NCBI RefSeq assembly: GCF_009914755.1
Contig: NC_060947.1
Origin: the human T2T-CHM13v2.0 reference genome, Homo sapiens
Strand: one strand, 5' to 3'
Length of the DNA stretch: 64,000 nt
This document shows positions 1 to 14,181 of this stretch, piece after piece; positions within the stretch are counted from its first letter, which is position 1; each line of letters starts with the position of its first letter. The translations under genes and the position numbers were made by a program. The notes under the pieces are model-generated. The model saw nothing but the letters and a program-made list of their open reading frames with translations. It was not told where the DNA came from and made no database searches.

Positions 1-1580
1 GCAAAAGAACAAATTGTTGAAGGTATCTGTGGGAGTGAAAGTGGCGCCAACTCCCAACTACTAATGTGAAATGCCTTTGGGCAGCATGCTGCCTCAATGC
101 TCTGTGTGAGGCCCAGGGTTCAGGGGCATGGCCACAATGAGCACTGGTTAATAAAGGTGTCTAGGAAGCCAGTCTAAGCTCTTTCACCAGAGAAGTAGAT
201 GATTTAATGAGTCCGTACCAGACTAGATGATTTCCAAAATCCTTGGGAATCCTCACTATTTTGTGCGGTAGGAATTGTTTTTGTTATTGTACCCATGAGA
301 AATCTGTTATCCTAAATATAAAGCCCTTGCCCAAGACGATACAGAATTCAAGAATTCACTGTCAGGGCTGATGCTCAACTAGAACTCTGGGACCACAGTC
401 AAGTTTTCAATGAAATGCTGTATAATTAGGTTGCTGGGTCATATAATTTCTCATGGCCTCTCTCTGCTTTAGTGAGAACAAAGACATGTAGAGAGAACCA
501 GTAAGTAGCTGCTGTGATTCCACAGCAACATAAACTACCGCCCTCTCTTGCCAAGTGTTCCTGGGACAGCCCTTTCTTCTGGCAAGGTCAAGTTTCTCCT
601 ATGCAACTTCACAGAACAAATACCCCTTGTTCAATTTCTACTGGGAAATGAGTTTAAGTAAATTGTTTTTAAAAATGTGAGGCTATAGTATGAGATAGAA
701 CACAGCTTTTCCTCAGGAGGCTGCCAAGCCTCTCTTCATGGATGGGATGAGGAGTTTAGGCTTTTTATCTCTCCCCTGATGTGCTGATCCCTACTTTAGG
801 ATTGTGATTAATTTAAATACTGTGTGTCTACATTTTAGGTGACATTTCTTTATAAAGTGTTGGTCCCCCACCCTTGTGCAATGGGGATAATCTGCATTGA
901 ACTATAAGAGTACAGCTGATGCTTGGATTGCCTTTCCTGGTAGGATTAAAATACATTTTATTTAGCACCCTACTCCTTCTCCAAAACTCTTGTTCCTTGG
1001 TCAATTTTCTGAATAACTGGTGCTATCTGTGTCTGATTATTTCTAACTTGACTGTAATTATGTGACTTCTCATGAAGATGTTCTTCCTTCCTCCATCTCT
1101 TAACAATTTGCTGCACAGAAATCCCAAAAAATTATTTACTGGTTATAGACACCTCTTTGGCTTATGTAGACCAGCAATTCTCAAACGCAATCCATAAGTC
1201 TCCCCACTGAATTTTTGAGTCTGTTGGTGCAGGGTGGGGGTGATATGAAAGACAATTTTCAGGGTCCACATTCTTCATTTAATGTTCAGCAAGAGAATCA
1301 GCTTCATTTCATCCAGAAACTAGCACACAGAGCAATGGGAATCATCACTGATCCTAAATGCTCTCCTGATAGTTATTTTATGATTGAGTCCATGTGCTTC
1401 AAAACTCAAATGCTTTCATTGCATGTTTTATTCTAGAAGGATTTCAAATGGATGACTCTGTCACTCATGGTAGGTGACAGTGACCCTTTCATGGAGAGTT
1501 CTAGTCTAGCAGTGGCCCTAGTGCCTCTTTACTGCTTCTCAAATCACCCATTTTATCCAATGAAGAGTGTGGAAGAGGAG

Positions 1581-3628
1581 TGATATGGTTTGGTTCTGTG
1601 TCCCCACCGAAATCTAATCTCAAATTGTACTCCCCACATGTTGAGGGAGAGACACGGTGGGAGTGATTGGATCATGGGAGCAGTTTCCCCCATTCTGTTC
1701 TCGTGATAATGAGGGAGTTCTCACAAGATCTGATGGTTGTAAAAGTGACAGTTTCACTTGCACTTTCTCTCTCTCCTGCTCATGTAAGATGTGCCCTGTT
1801 TCCCCTTTGCCTTCTGCCATGATTTTGTTTCCTGAGGCGTCCCCAGCCATGCAGAACTGTGAGTCAATTAAACCTCTTTTGTTTATAAATTACTCATTCT
1901 CAGGTAGTATCTTTATAGCAGTGTGAGAATGGACTAATATAGATTACTGGTACTGTCAGAGTGGGGTACTGCTATAAAGATATCCTGAAAATGTGGAAGC
2001 AACTTTGGAACTGGGTAACAGGCAGAGGTTGGAACACTTTGGAGGGCTCAGAAGAAGACAGGAAGATGTTGGAAAGTTTGGAACTGCCTAGAGACTTGTT
2101 GAATGGTCTTGATCAAAATGCTGATAGTGATATGGACAATGAAGTCCAGGCTGAGGTAGAAAAGAAAATTGCATTTTCTGGAGAGAAATTCAAGCTGGCT
2201 GCACAAATTTGGATACGTAACAAGGAGCCACATGTTAATAGCCAAGACAATGAGGAAAATGTCTCCAGTGCATGTCAGAGATCTTCACAACAGCCCCTCC
2301 CATCATAGGCCTAGAGGCCTAAAGGGGAAAAATGGTTTCATGAGCAGGGCCCAGGGCCCTGCTTCTCTGTGCAGCCTCAGAGCATGGTGCCCTTCATTCC
2401 AGCTGATTCAGTTCCAGCTGTGGCTAAAAGAGGTCAAGGTACAGCTCAGGCAGTTGCTTCAGACAGTGCAAGCCCCAAGCCTTGGTGGCTTCAACGTGGT
2501 GTTGGGCCTGCGGGAGCACAGAAGACAAGAGTTGAGCTTTGGGAGCCTCTGCCTAAACTTCAGAGGATGTATGGAAATGACTGGATGTCCAGGCAGAAGT
2601 CTGCAAGGCTGCTGCAGGGGTGAATCCCTCTTGAAGAACTCTACTGAGGCAATACAAAGGGGAAATGTGGGTTTGGAGCCTGCACACAGAGTCCCCACTG
2701 GTGCACTGCCTAGTGGAGCAGTGAGAAGAGGGCCACCATCGTCCAGACCTTGGAAGGGTAGATCCATCATCAGCTTGTACTGTGCACCTGGAAAAGCTGC
2801 AGGCACTCAATGCCAGCCTATGAAAACAGCTGCGGAGCTGTGCCCTGCAGAGCCACAGGGGCAGAGCTGCCCAAGAGCATGGAAGCCCACTCCTTGCATC
2901 GGCATGCTCTGGATGTGAGACATGGTGTCAAAGGAGATTTTGGAGCTTTAAGATTTAATGACTGCCTGGGCAGGTTTTGGACTTGCATGGGGCCTCTGGC
3001 CTCTTTGTTTTGGCCAATTTTTTTCCACTTGCATGGGAAAATTTACCCAATGCTTGCACTCCCATTGTGTCTTGAAAATAACTAGCTTCCTTTTGATTTT
3101 ACAGGCTCTTAGGCGAAAGGCACTTGCCTTGTCTCAGATGAGACTTCGGGGTTGGACTTTCGAGTAAATGCTGGAAAGAGTTAAGATTTTGGTGGACCAT
3201 TGGGAAGGCATGGTTGGTTTTGCAATGTGAAAAGGACATGAGATTTGGGAGGTTCCAGGGGCCCGGTGATGTGGTTTGGCTCTGTGTCCTTCCCCAAATC
3301 TCATCTCAAATTGTAATTCCCCCGTGTTGAGGGAGGGACCTGGTGGGAGTGATTGGCTCCTGGGGGCAGTTTCCCCAATGCAGTTCTCATGATAGTGAAG
3401 GAGTTCTCATGAAATCTGACGGTTTTAAAAGTGGCAGTTTCCCCTGCACTCTCTCTCTCCTGCTGTGTGTAAGATGTGCCTTGCTTCCCCTTCAGCTTAC
3501 ACCATGATTGTAAGTTTCCTGGAGCCTCCCAAGCCATGCAGAACTGTGAGTCAATTAAACCTCTTTTGTTTATAAATTACCCAGTCTCAGGTAGTGTCTT
3601 TATAGCAGTGTTAGAATGGACTAATACA
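1581..3628 (+). mobile_element. THE1-family (THE1D-like) MaLR element: 5' LTR 1581-1941, internal 1942-3266, 3' LTR 3267-3628
   Basis: Two ~360 bp direct repeats begin TGAT(A/G)TGGTTTGG and end GGACTAATA(T/C)A, flanking typical THE1-int sequence (GAAGTCCAGGCTGAGGT; GCACTGCCTAGTGGAGCAGTGAGAAGAGGGCCACC). The internal part appears deleted near 2158. No clean TSD. Confidence 0.92.
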
Positions 3629-5930
3629 AACAGCCACAGGAGGAAACTGAGCAGCAGACATCTTGGTGGTGGAGCTTGCTCTCCATAAACATGCCACACC
3701 TTTTTTACATCCTCTAAGGCAGGGATTGGTCACTAAAATAATAGATGGAACAAGGGTATCCTCCAAAGACATAAGGGTACAATGTGAATTTTTAAGAGGA
3801 AAAATATTGCCAATTTCTTGTAACCTTTGACTGTCAAATTATACATGGCATATGACCCAATCTTTGGGCTGTACACTCTGGTAGAGAGAGGATGTGGGCA
3901 GCAAGGCATTTTCAGAGTTATTGCAGGTAGGTTGCAAATCCATATTTTCACTGAGCCTTGTCTGAGGTCTGAATGATGGCTCACAATTAACTGCTATTTT
4001 CATAAGCATATAGATGCTCTTGTGATGAAGAACATACAAATTTATTTAAAAATTCCTTGCAGACAGCTACCCATACATTGTTGGTCTACCCTGGGGTCAG
4101 CTGGAGAGAGTTCCTGCACTCTCTGCTCAAGGGTTTTCTCTGTCCCACAAGGGAATAATGCTCATACCTTGGAGGTCAACCCTCAAGAGAAGAGTAACAG
4201 AAGTTTCCACGTCAATACTCCAGGTTCTTTGCCTTGGATGGGACACTTCTGAGGTGTGTGCCTGACTCATTCTATGGCTCTCCAGTGGTACTGAGCCCCA
4301 GTTTCTCGCAGCAGCCATCTGGTTGCCTATTGCTTGTTCTTACAAATGTTATGTCCTGTGTTATCATGACAGTGATTAACAATACATAATTTTGAGCAGA
4401 TGGGATGATAGGCTCTAAATAGTGTGTAAAGGATGAGATAATCAAGGGCATGTATGAAAGTACATCTTTCAAGGGTCTTTGGACCCACATGCTAAAAGTG
4501 AGTCACATTACTGATTAATATACCAGATGCCAAGTATCAACTGCACCCACCCGCCTGCCATCAATCATCACCATCAAGAAGTGCCACAGAATTCAAACTT
4601 CTGGTCTGGGGCTTTCACAGGAAAATGTGACATGACTGAATCTTCACAGAGAGGAGAAGAGAGGAAGGGGATGGTGCTGATAATGGTTGAGGGCCTGAGT
4701 TATATTGTCTCTGGGGAGGGAACAGATACTTACATGGGAGAAAAGATCTTGAGGGTATAGAGAAGCATATCACATTTTATCAGTTGGGTCTGTCAATTAT
4801 GTTTACAGTTAAGAAACAAACACATTTCCTAGACTCTTTCATTTTAATAAATAGGCTTTCAATTATATTTTGTTATTTCCAAACTCAGTGTTAATTTTTT
4901 TACTCATTGATACTGGTAAACCTGTGGCTTTGTAGAACATGGTAAGGATTAAGTGGCCATCAACCTCATCTTAGATTGGTTGTTTTAGAAAAGAAAAGCT
5001 TGTAAAGTTACATCTTCTTTTCTAAGTGGGCTGGGAATCATTGCTTCTCATCTGTTTCTGGAGTCTTAATTGCCAGAAGCAGCGTTATGAATAAAGTTAA
5101 CCTTGGAAAATAAATTTGAATCCTTTTTTATATTGTCAGTTAACAATTCAAAGAATTGGAAAAACATGTTTTCTTTATACAAAACAAATCTACATATTTT
5201 CTTAGTTTCTCCAACTCTCTCTGGAAGCTGTTTTTGTGTGCAATAAAATATTTATGCATTTTTGTGTTGATGTATTATCTTATCAGGAGTGGTAAATATT
5301 TCCTTAAGGTTAAGTCATTCAACAAAGATGATATTTAAATATTGGAAAAAGTTACGAGGGAAGCCACTGGCATCTATTTTAAATATAGTATAAGATAAAC
5401 TCACTTCTTTTGAAAGCTATTAGTGTGAGGAAGAATAAACTAAAATTAATTCTCAGTTTATTTTGGCTAGTAGTACAAAAAAGACTTACTGAATTTAAAA
5501 CTTCATATTAAACTCAGTAACAAATGTAAAACATCTATAAGCAATGGTTTTTGCAATACTTGAGTGTTGAAACTATGTTTGTGTATAATGATCTTCTGTG
5601 TTTTACCTAAATTACATTTTAGGAACATGAATTGTTTCTTAATTATGAAAATTTCAAAACATATAATAAATTCCCATGTTTCCTTCTCACAGCTTCAACA
5701 ATTACTAACTCAGGTCGATCTTTCTCCCCTTCTACCTGATATATTATTTTGAAGAAAATCTAGAACATTGTATCATTTCATTCATAAATATTTCATGACA
5801 CATTTCTCAAAGTGAGAATTTTTATAGTAAAAATTATCATGCTGCTTTTTTTTCAAATTATGAATTTGTGATCATAAAGGCAAAACAATCACTTTCAAAG
5901 GTGAAAACTTTGCTGTTAGAAAGAGTGTCA

Positions 5931-6260
<330 letters not shown>

Positions 6261-7040
6261 TTATTCTGGGTAGATGGTTTTTGTTGAGAGAATGCTTTAT
6301 GTCAACTAGCAGTTATGTGAGACACAGCTTTAAAGAGCAAAGCACTGCATTCAGCAGAAGATCACAAGCTATGCTTTCTTCCATTTTGATTAGAAAAATA
6401 AAATGGCAGAATTACATACAAGACAACATGGAACTACTAAAGTACTTTTTCAAGTTGCTTTTATGTTTGATTTGTTAAGGAAAAACAAAAAGAACTTGAA
6501 GATTCCCTTTGTAAATATGAAGAAGGTGACTTGTGAAACTAATCTAGCCATAAATTGATCCCAGGAATACTGGTTCTTCGGAGATTCCTATTGCTGTTCC
6601 AAGAGTACAAGTTCTATATCAAGGAGTGCTTCCTAATGGTTATGGATTTGTGAAAAATGTACCATAAAAAGTTCAGCTCTTTATTTTTCATGAAATGGGT
6701 ATCCTATGGCATACTTTCTAGAAATATCATGATTGTCAATGCTATTTAGTCATTATACTTAAATATTTGATGCATTTTTTTTCTACATGAAGTTTATGGA
6801 TATATTAAGTTTGAACCCTATGAAATTCCTAATTTGTCAGTTTATTTTTCGGCAGTAAAGTCCCTTTAGCATTTCCTGCAGAGCAAGTGTACTAGTGAGG
6901 ATCGCTGTTGAAATTTGTTTATCTTGGGATGACTTATTTTTTGATTTCTTTGAAGGATACATTGTGGAATGTAGAATTCTTCATCAGCAGTATTTTTCTT
7001 TCAGCACATTGAATATGTCATCTTCCTACCTCTAGGCCTC

Positions 7041-8374
7041 TGGTATAGTTTGAATATATGTCCCTGCAAAATCTCACTAACCTGTGCCCCAGTAACCTGT
7101 GCAGCCTCAGGACACTGCTCCCTGCATCCAGGCTGCACCAGCTCCAGCCTCAGCTCAGATGACCCCAGACACAACTCCAGATGCTACTTCAGAGGGTGCA
7201 AGTCATAAGCCTTGGTGACTTCCACATGGCATTAAGCATGTAGGTGTGCAGAGTGCAAGACTGAAGGATGCTTGGCAGCCTCCACCTAGAATTCAGAGGA
7301 TGAATGGAAAAGCCTGAGTGTCCAGGCAGAAGTCTGCTGCAGTGGCACGGCAGTGCGGAGGGGAGATGTGACATAGGAGCCCACACACAGAGTACCCGCT
7401 GGGACACTGCCTAGTGGATCTATGGAAAGGGCACACCATCTTCCACACCCCAGAATGGTAGAGCCACAGGCAGCTTGAACCTTGTGCCTGGAAAAGCCAC
7501 AGGCACATAACAAGCTGTGAAAGCAACCATGGGTCCTGAATCCTGCAAAGCTACAGGAGTGGAGCTGCCAAAGGCCATAGGAGCCCATCCCCTGCACCAC
7601 TGTGCCCTGGATGCACAGTATATAGTATAAGGAGACTATTTTGAAGCTCTAAGATTTAATGAGTTCCCTGCTGGGTTTTGAACTTGCATGGGGCCTGTAG
7701 GCCCTTTCCTTTGGCCGATTTCTCCATTTTGGAATGGGAGTGCTTACACAATGCTTATACCGTCATTATATCTTGGAAGTAAATAACTTGTTTTGATTTT
7801 GCAAGCTCATAGGAGGAAGGAGATGAGTCTCAAATAAGATTTTGGACTTTCATTTGGGACTTTTAATTGAGTTGATATCAGCTGGAAGGAGTTAAGACTT
7901 TGGGAGCCTGTTGGAAGTTATGATTGTATTTTGCAATGTAAGAAGAAAATAAGATTTGAGGGGCCAGGGGCAGAATGATATAGCTTAAATATATGTCCCC
8001 ACCAAATCTCATGTTGAATTATAATTCCCAGAGGTACATGTGGGACCTGGTGGGGGGTGTTTTGGTCATGGGGGTGGATCCCTCATGGCTTGCTTCTGTC
8101 CTTGCAATAGTGAGTGAGTTCTCATGAGATCTCATTGTTGTAAAGTGTGATGCCTCCCCCAACCCTCTCTTGCACCTTTTCTGGCCATATGACCTGCCTA
8201 CTTCCAGTTTGTCTTCTGCCATGAGCTAAAGGTCCCTGAGGCCTCTCCAGAAGCCAAACAGAAGCCAGTGCCATCCTTGTCCAGTCTGCAGAACCATCAG
8301 CCAATTAAACATCTTTTTAAATAAATTACCCAGCCTCTGATATCCCTTTATAGCAATGAAAACAGACTAATACA
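7041..8374 (+). mobile_element. MST (MSTB-like) MaLR element with most of the 5' LTR deleted; 3' LTR 7976-8374
   Basis: Starts TGGTATAGTTTGAATATATGTCCC, jumps after ~40 bp into MST-int, and has a complete 3' LTR ending GACTAATACA. Imperfect 5-bp TSD GCCTC/GCTTC. Confidence 0.88.
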
Positions 8375-9192
8375 GCTTCCAGACTTTCTGTTGAGAAATC
8401 AGCTGTTAATATTATTGATCATCCTGTGTATGTGAAGTGTAACTTCTATTTTGCCGCTTTCAGGGTTTTTTCATTGTCTTGTCTTTTTTACCTTTTGTTT
8501 ATAGTGTCTTGGTGGGGATATCTCTGATTTTTCCCTACATGGAATCTATTGGATGTGTAAATCAACATATTTCATTATATTTAATAAGATATTGACTGTT
8601 CTTTCCTCAAATATTCTTTATATCCCTTCATATTCCCCTTTTTATCTCTTTCCAGAACTCCCTTTATGTATGTTTTGGTACACTGGATGGTTTCCACAAG
8701 TACTCTGAGCTTCGTTAATTTTACTTCATTCTTTTTTTTCTTCCAGATTCTCAGACTAGATAATCTCAACTGACCTTTCTTGGAGATTGATGATTCTCTC
8801 TACTTCTTATTCAAATTTGCTATTGACTCCCTCTACTGAAATTTTCATTCCAATTGTTATCCTTTTCCATTCCAGAATTTCTATTTTGTTCCTTTTTTAT
8901 CATTTCTATTTTCTTATTGGTATTATGTATTTGATGAGACATCATTCTCATGGTTTTCTTTTCTTCTTTCTAAATGATGTTCTTTAATATTTCAAAAAGT
9001 TGATTTAAAATATTTGCTTAGTAAATCCACTGACTGGATCTCCTCTGAGACAGTTTCTATTGATTTCTTCTTTCTCATGTATGGGCAATACTTTTTGTTT
9101 CCTGATATGATTTATATTCTTTTGTTGAAAACTGGACATGTTTAACATTATTAAGTGGCAATTCTAGAAATCATATTCTCCCTCAGCCCATC

Positions 9193-9581
9193 TGCTATTA
9201 TCTAAATGCCCTCCAAAATGTAGTGTTGAAACTTAATGGCCAATGTGGTAGTATTAAGAGATGAGGCCTTTAGGATGTTACTAAGTGGTGAGGGTAGATT
9301 CGTCATCACTGGTACTAGTGACCTTTAAAAAGCACTGGAGGGAACTAATCCTTTGATTCTTCCATCTTTCTGCTATGTGAAGACATAGAGTTCATCCCTT
9401 TTATCATTTTTTGCTCCTTCTGCCATGAGAGGACACAGCAAGAAGACCCTTACTAGATGCCTAATTCTGGAGCCTTGATCTTGGCCTTCCCAGCCTCTAC
9501 AAATATAGGAAATACATTTCTGGTTTTCATAAATTATCTGCTCTGTGGAAGTTTGATATAGCAGCATGAACAGACTGAGAC
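9193..9581 (+). mobile_element. MaLR solo LTR (MSTD/MLT1A-like)
   Basis: Contains TGTTGAAACTTAAT, GCCATGAGAGGACACAGCAAGAAG, CTTGATCTTGGCCTTCCCAGCCTC and ends ATAGCAGCATGAACAGACTGAGAC. Confidence 0.75.
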
Positions 9582-9835
9582 TCCAACGCTTGTTTTTGTT
9601 ATTTGTTCCAGTTGTTGTTTGCTGGTTTAGTGACTTTGTTGAACTCATTTTGTAACATCTGTATTCTTTGTCATGTGTGGCCACTGACATCTCATTCCTG
9701 TTATTGTAGTGGTCAGCTTGTGAATTAAAAGAGTTCTTATCTAGAACGACCCCTCCTCACCAAAACAAAACGAAACAAGAAACAATCTCCTAGTTTTCAC
9801 AGATGGTCTCTTTGTGCATATTAGAACACACTTTC

Positions 9836-10234
<399 letters not shown>

Positions 10235-10715
10235 TCACAGCTGGGTGTTAACTCACCAAACCAAAAAGCTAGGTGTGCCCAGTGGTACAAGGTGCGGGGT
10301 GCTGTGAATTAAGCAACTGTCTGGGTGAGGGGGGAGGGTATATATCCATGTATGCTGATAACTCCGTAAAATAAATGTATATAAGGATATACAGAAACCT
10401 CCCCCCCAAAAAACAGGGACAGGGAGAAGCCTTCATAATATACCCTTTTATATGTTTTATTTCTGAACATTGTGGATATATTACTTCTCCCAACACTTAA
10501 AGAAATTCATTACTCCTGGGAAGTCAACAAGAACAGGTAACCTTTTCTAGAATACTGGCTATGAATTACAGCATGAGATAGCAGCCAGTTAGAGATGCAG
10601 ACAAGGTTTATGGAATTGTGTGTTTAGTGAACATGGAGAGTGAAATTGATCATTAAGGGCTGGATGCAACAGAGAGAACACGGACTCTGAGTCTGAACAC
10701 CTGGAAGGGTCATGT

Positions 10716-10746
10716 ACACACACACAGACACACACACACACACACA
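10716..10746. repeat. (CA)n microsatellite
   Basis: Interrupted CA run seen directly. Confidence 0.9.
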
Positions 10747-10959
10747 AAACGCACAAACCTGCCATTTATTTATTAAAAAGATACGAAGAGACCAATTCCA
10801 CAGGTCTGTTGCTTAAATAAAGTCTCCTATGGCATGTGGAACAAGGAATTGAGATGACAGCAGAACAGAAATGATGCAAAGACATTACCTCTTTCTGAAG
10901 CCAGGTGATTCTGACTCTATCATCTACTAACTATAAGGTTTCAGATAGTGACACTACTC

Positions 10960-11092
10960 TGAAACCATTTTCTCGATGTAAAATAGGGGAGATCCACGTC
11001 TCACAGGGTTGTTGTGAGAAGGACACAGGCAATGTCTGGAAAGCACCTGAAATGGTACCTAACGTAACATGCGCTTGACAAATACTTGCTAT
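10960..11092 (+). mobile_element. MIR fragment
   Basis: MIR core: TTTCTCGATGTAAAATAGGGG...TCACAGGGTTGTTGTGAGAA. Confidence 0.7.
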
Positions 11093-11116
11093 GTAAAAGC
11101 AGGGAGAAAGATGCAT

Positions 11117-11410
11117 TTATTTTTTTCTTTTCTGAAACTTTATTGCAGTATACATGACAAAAATTATATATATATATTCAAGGTATATAATGTGATGTGT
11201 TGATATGTGTATGCCTTGTAAATGATTACCAAAATCAACCCAATTAGCATATCCATTACCTCACATAGTTGCTTTTTAGTGGTGAGAACACTTAACATAT
11301 ACTCTCCTAACTTTCTAGGACAGAATACATTATTATTAACTATAGTCATCATGCTGTACATTGGTTCTTCAGAACTTTTTCAACTTACAACATGTGTGTA
11401 CCCTTTGAGC
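11117..11410 (-). mobile_element. L1MA 3' end (L1MA8/9-like)
   Basis: T-rich tail followed by antisense L1MA 3'UTR motifs (CATTACCTCACATAGTT, GTGAGAACACTTAA, ATTAACTATAGTCATCATGCTGTACATT). Confidence 0.85.
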
Positions 11411-11434
11411 AGAAAAATGCCTTCTCCTTACAGT

Positions 11435-11900
11435 CTTTTTATATCAGATGAATCATAACAAATAGAATATCTACAAAGTAGCTTAAGTAGCAAGGTTAAC
11501 TGCTGTTATTTATCAGGAACCCTGGGGCATATTAAATGTCAGAGTTTATACTTCTGACTCAGTTATGACAGGGCTCTACACTGGGTTCTGCAACTCCCTT
11601 GGCCTTGTCCTCATGGATACCAAGTGGCTGTTTCTGCACAAAGATCACATCTCCATACCAGCATTCAATCAGCATGACAAGGATGAGGTGAAATTATTAT
11701 TTTCACAAAGTGCTGTCATTTATCAGGCAAGTAAAATTTTATTAGAAATCCATGTTATTTCCATTTATGTATTTGGTGAGAACTCATTCATCTGGCAAAC
11801 TCTAGCAGCAGGAAATACTAGGAAAACAAATATCTTGAAAGAGAAAAAAATTTTAATGATTCATTTTGACTAGTTATTATTTATCCCAAGACACTGTCAA
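11435..11900 (-). mobile_element. Possible old MLT1 (J/K-like) LTR
   Basis: Weak motifs only (GTCCTCATGGATACCAAGTGGCTG; AACTCTAGCAGCAGGAAATACTAGGAAA). Confidence 0.35.
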
Positions 11901-12169
11901 CACCATGACTCTTAAAACTTCAGTGTTCTCTTACTAAGGAAGAAAGTATAGAATGGCTTTTGTATCAGTGTCTGATAGTGTCTGTCATAATCTCTTTTCT
12001 GAGATAATTGATTAAGTCATGAGTATATTAGATTAGATAATTCAGGCAATTGCTTTCTGCCAAAGAGTAGTGGTGGTAGAAAATGTATGAGAAAGCTGCA
12101 ATAAGTATTTTGGACAGCAAAAGACCGTTGAAATGTTAAAAATCTCCGGTGAATATTTTTAGGTAAATT

Positions 12170-12375
12170 TAGGGTCTGTTCCTACAGATACTAAATATTT
12201 TAGTCTTTGCATGTCATATAGTCTCTGTCTCATCTACTAACTCTGACTTTGCAGTTAATACCCAGCAATGGGCAATATATCAATAAATGGGCATGGCTCC
12301 GTTTCAATAAAACTTTATTATAAAGACATGGTTGGCTGAATTTGGCTTATAGGCTATAGTTTAACAATCCATGGT
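12170..12375. mobile_element. MER58A-like hAT-Charlie DNA transposon
   Basis: AGATACTAAATATTTTAG; GGCATGGCTCCGTTTCAATAAAACTTTATT; GAATTTGGCTTATAGGCTATAGTTT. Confidence 0.8.
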
Positions 12376-12416
12376 ATAAGACAGACCAGTTTGTGATAAA
12401 ACAAAATGGACAAAAT

Positions 12417-12456
12417 TGTGTCTGTGTCTGTGTGTGTGTGTGTGTGTGTGTCTGTA
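12417..12456. repeat. (TG)n microsatellite
   Basis: Seen directly. Confidence 0.9.
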
Positions 12457-12622
12457 TGCAAAATCAATGGAACTGAGAGGATTCCAATTCACTTTAAATA
12501 TTTTCAAATACAATAATGTTGAAGTTACAATAAAGTTATGTTATGTTTGATCCAATACTTGCATGAGGGTATGACTTAGTGCGTTTAAACAGCAACATCA
12601 GTATTATTTTCCAGCTCCCCAA

Positions 12623-13458
12623 GTGTCTGCTCAGGCTGCCACAACAAAATACCATAGAGTGTATGGCTTAACAGAAACTTATTTCTCACAGCTCTGGAGG
12701 CTGGAAGTATGAGACCAGGGTAATCACATGGTTTCTGGTGACAGCTGTCTGATTTGCAGATGACCAACTTCTTACTGTGTGCTCAAATGGCATGGCAGAG
12801 AGGGAGGGAGAGAAAGAGCATGCTCTCTGGTGTCTTTTCTTGTAAGGACTATCAGACAAAGGCTCCTTCCTCATGACCTCACCTCATCTAAACTTAATTA
12901 TATCTTGAAGGCCCCTGTAGTGTGAAGGGTCCCAATCAGCTTACTAAAAGGTTTATTTCTGCTGCCCAAACCCTGAAGGCCAGGCCATGAGCCAAGGCCA
13001 TGTTGCCCAGCCAGAGAGCAGGTGTCCCTGAGAACTCAAACATTCCAGACAGTATCTGAGAACCTACCAAGAAAAAGTCTCATCGCTTAAACACAGTAAG
13101 CAAGGAGCCAGAAAATTAGCTGAAAAGTACTTTAAAAATAATAAGCGGTGCAGATCTCTACAGCTGTCCTGCTGTTGTCCCGGAGTGCCTCCTATGTGAA
13201 TCCTAATAATCTCATCTACTCGCCAAGCTGGACTTCTCCAAGTCATTTCTTGATCTCTTGGCTCACTCCCAGTTTGGGAGAAGGTATTTCTATATGATTC
13301 CAGGATTTTCTCCTTACAGCCCCATCTTCAAATACTATCACCTTGGAAGATAGTGCTTCAACATGTGATTTGGAGGGTACATGAACATTCAGTTGATAGC
13401 ATTCTGCCCCTGGGGCCCCCAAATTCATGCCCTTCATGCATGCAAAATCCATGCTTTC
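12623..13458 (-). mobile_element. MLT1A-like LTR, split by an LTR at 12916-13318, plus the adjoining MLT1-int end
   Basis: GCTCAGGCTGCCACAACAAAATACCATAG...CTCACAGCTCTGGAGGCTGGAAGT. It resumes at 13319 and ends AACATTCAGTTGATAGCA, followed by int-like CCCCCAAATTCATG. Confidence 0.8.
12916..13318 (+). mobile_element. Solo ERV LTR (ERVL class; LTR47-like, name tentative)
   Basis: TG...CA termini, 403 bp, perfect 5-bp TSD GCCCC (12911-12915 and 13319-13323). Confidence 0.8.
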
Positions 13459-13459
13459 C

Positions 13460-13996
13460 AAACTCCCAAAACAACCCTTATTTCTTTGAGGACAAAAACT
13501 GCCTTTGTAGAACTAACAAATTAGCCACAAGATTAGAAATTATGGCTCAAGAGTCATGTAGCCAGAGGTCACAAGGCTCATAACCTCCCCAACTGCTTCT
13601 ATAGATAGCATCACTATTGTAAAACCTAAGACTGGTGTTCAAAACCCTTCATTCTGTTGTACCAGCTGGTTCCACCTGGACTGGTAAGCTGGTTTAACTG
13701 GTCTTGTGATCTGACCCAGGAACTGACTTAGCACAAGAGGACAGCCTCAACCCCCTATGACTTAATTCTTGACCCAATTAATGAGGATGACCCCTTCTCT
13801 AGCCCCCACCCACCAAATTATCATTTAAAAACCCTAGTCTCCAAATGTGGGGGGGAGATTTACTTGAGTAATAAATCCCTGACTTCTGTATGGCTGACCC
13901 TGCACTAATAAAACTATTCCTTTCCTGCAATACTGCTGTTTCACTAAATTGGCTCTATCTGTGCAGTGGGCAAGAAGAACCAGTTGGGCGATTACA
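13460..13996 (+). mobile_element. LTR8-family (ERV1) LTR, 5'-truncated
   Basis: CTAACAAATTAGCCACAAGATTAGAAATTATGG; ACCCAGGAACTGACTTAGCACAAGAGGACAGC; ends GGGCAAGAAGAACCAGTTGGGCGATTACA. Confidence 0.82.
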
Positions 13997-14181
13997 CTAG
14001 TACAGCCACTCCCTCGGTGTTCTCTTCAAACATAGATTCTTATTTTTTGCAGTATTGATAGGAAAAGAAATACCCACCACATTGGGAGTTGGGGCTTTCA
14101 CATAAATTTTTGGTGGACACAGACATTCAGAACATAACATCAGGTGATGTAAATTACAGCCATGTTTAAAAACCAAGCTGC

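Noticed and set aside
1-1580. Possible exons or a MER5-like fragment (~1170-1270) in unique-looking sequence
   Set aside because: Similarity is too weak to call, and there is no convincing ORF or splice evidence by eye.
2169-2918. 249-aa ORF and overlapping ORFs
   Set aside because: They lie wholly within THE1 internal sequence, use a non-ATG start, and are typical spurious MaLR-int frames.
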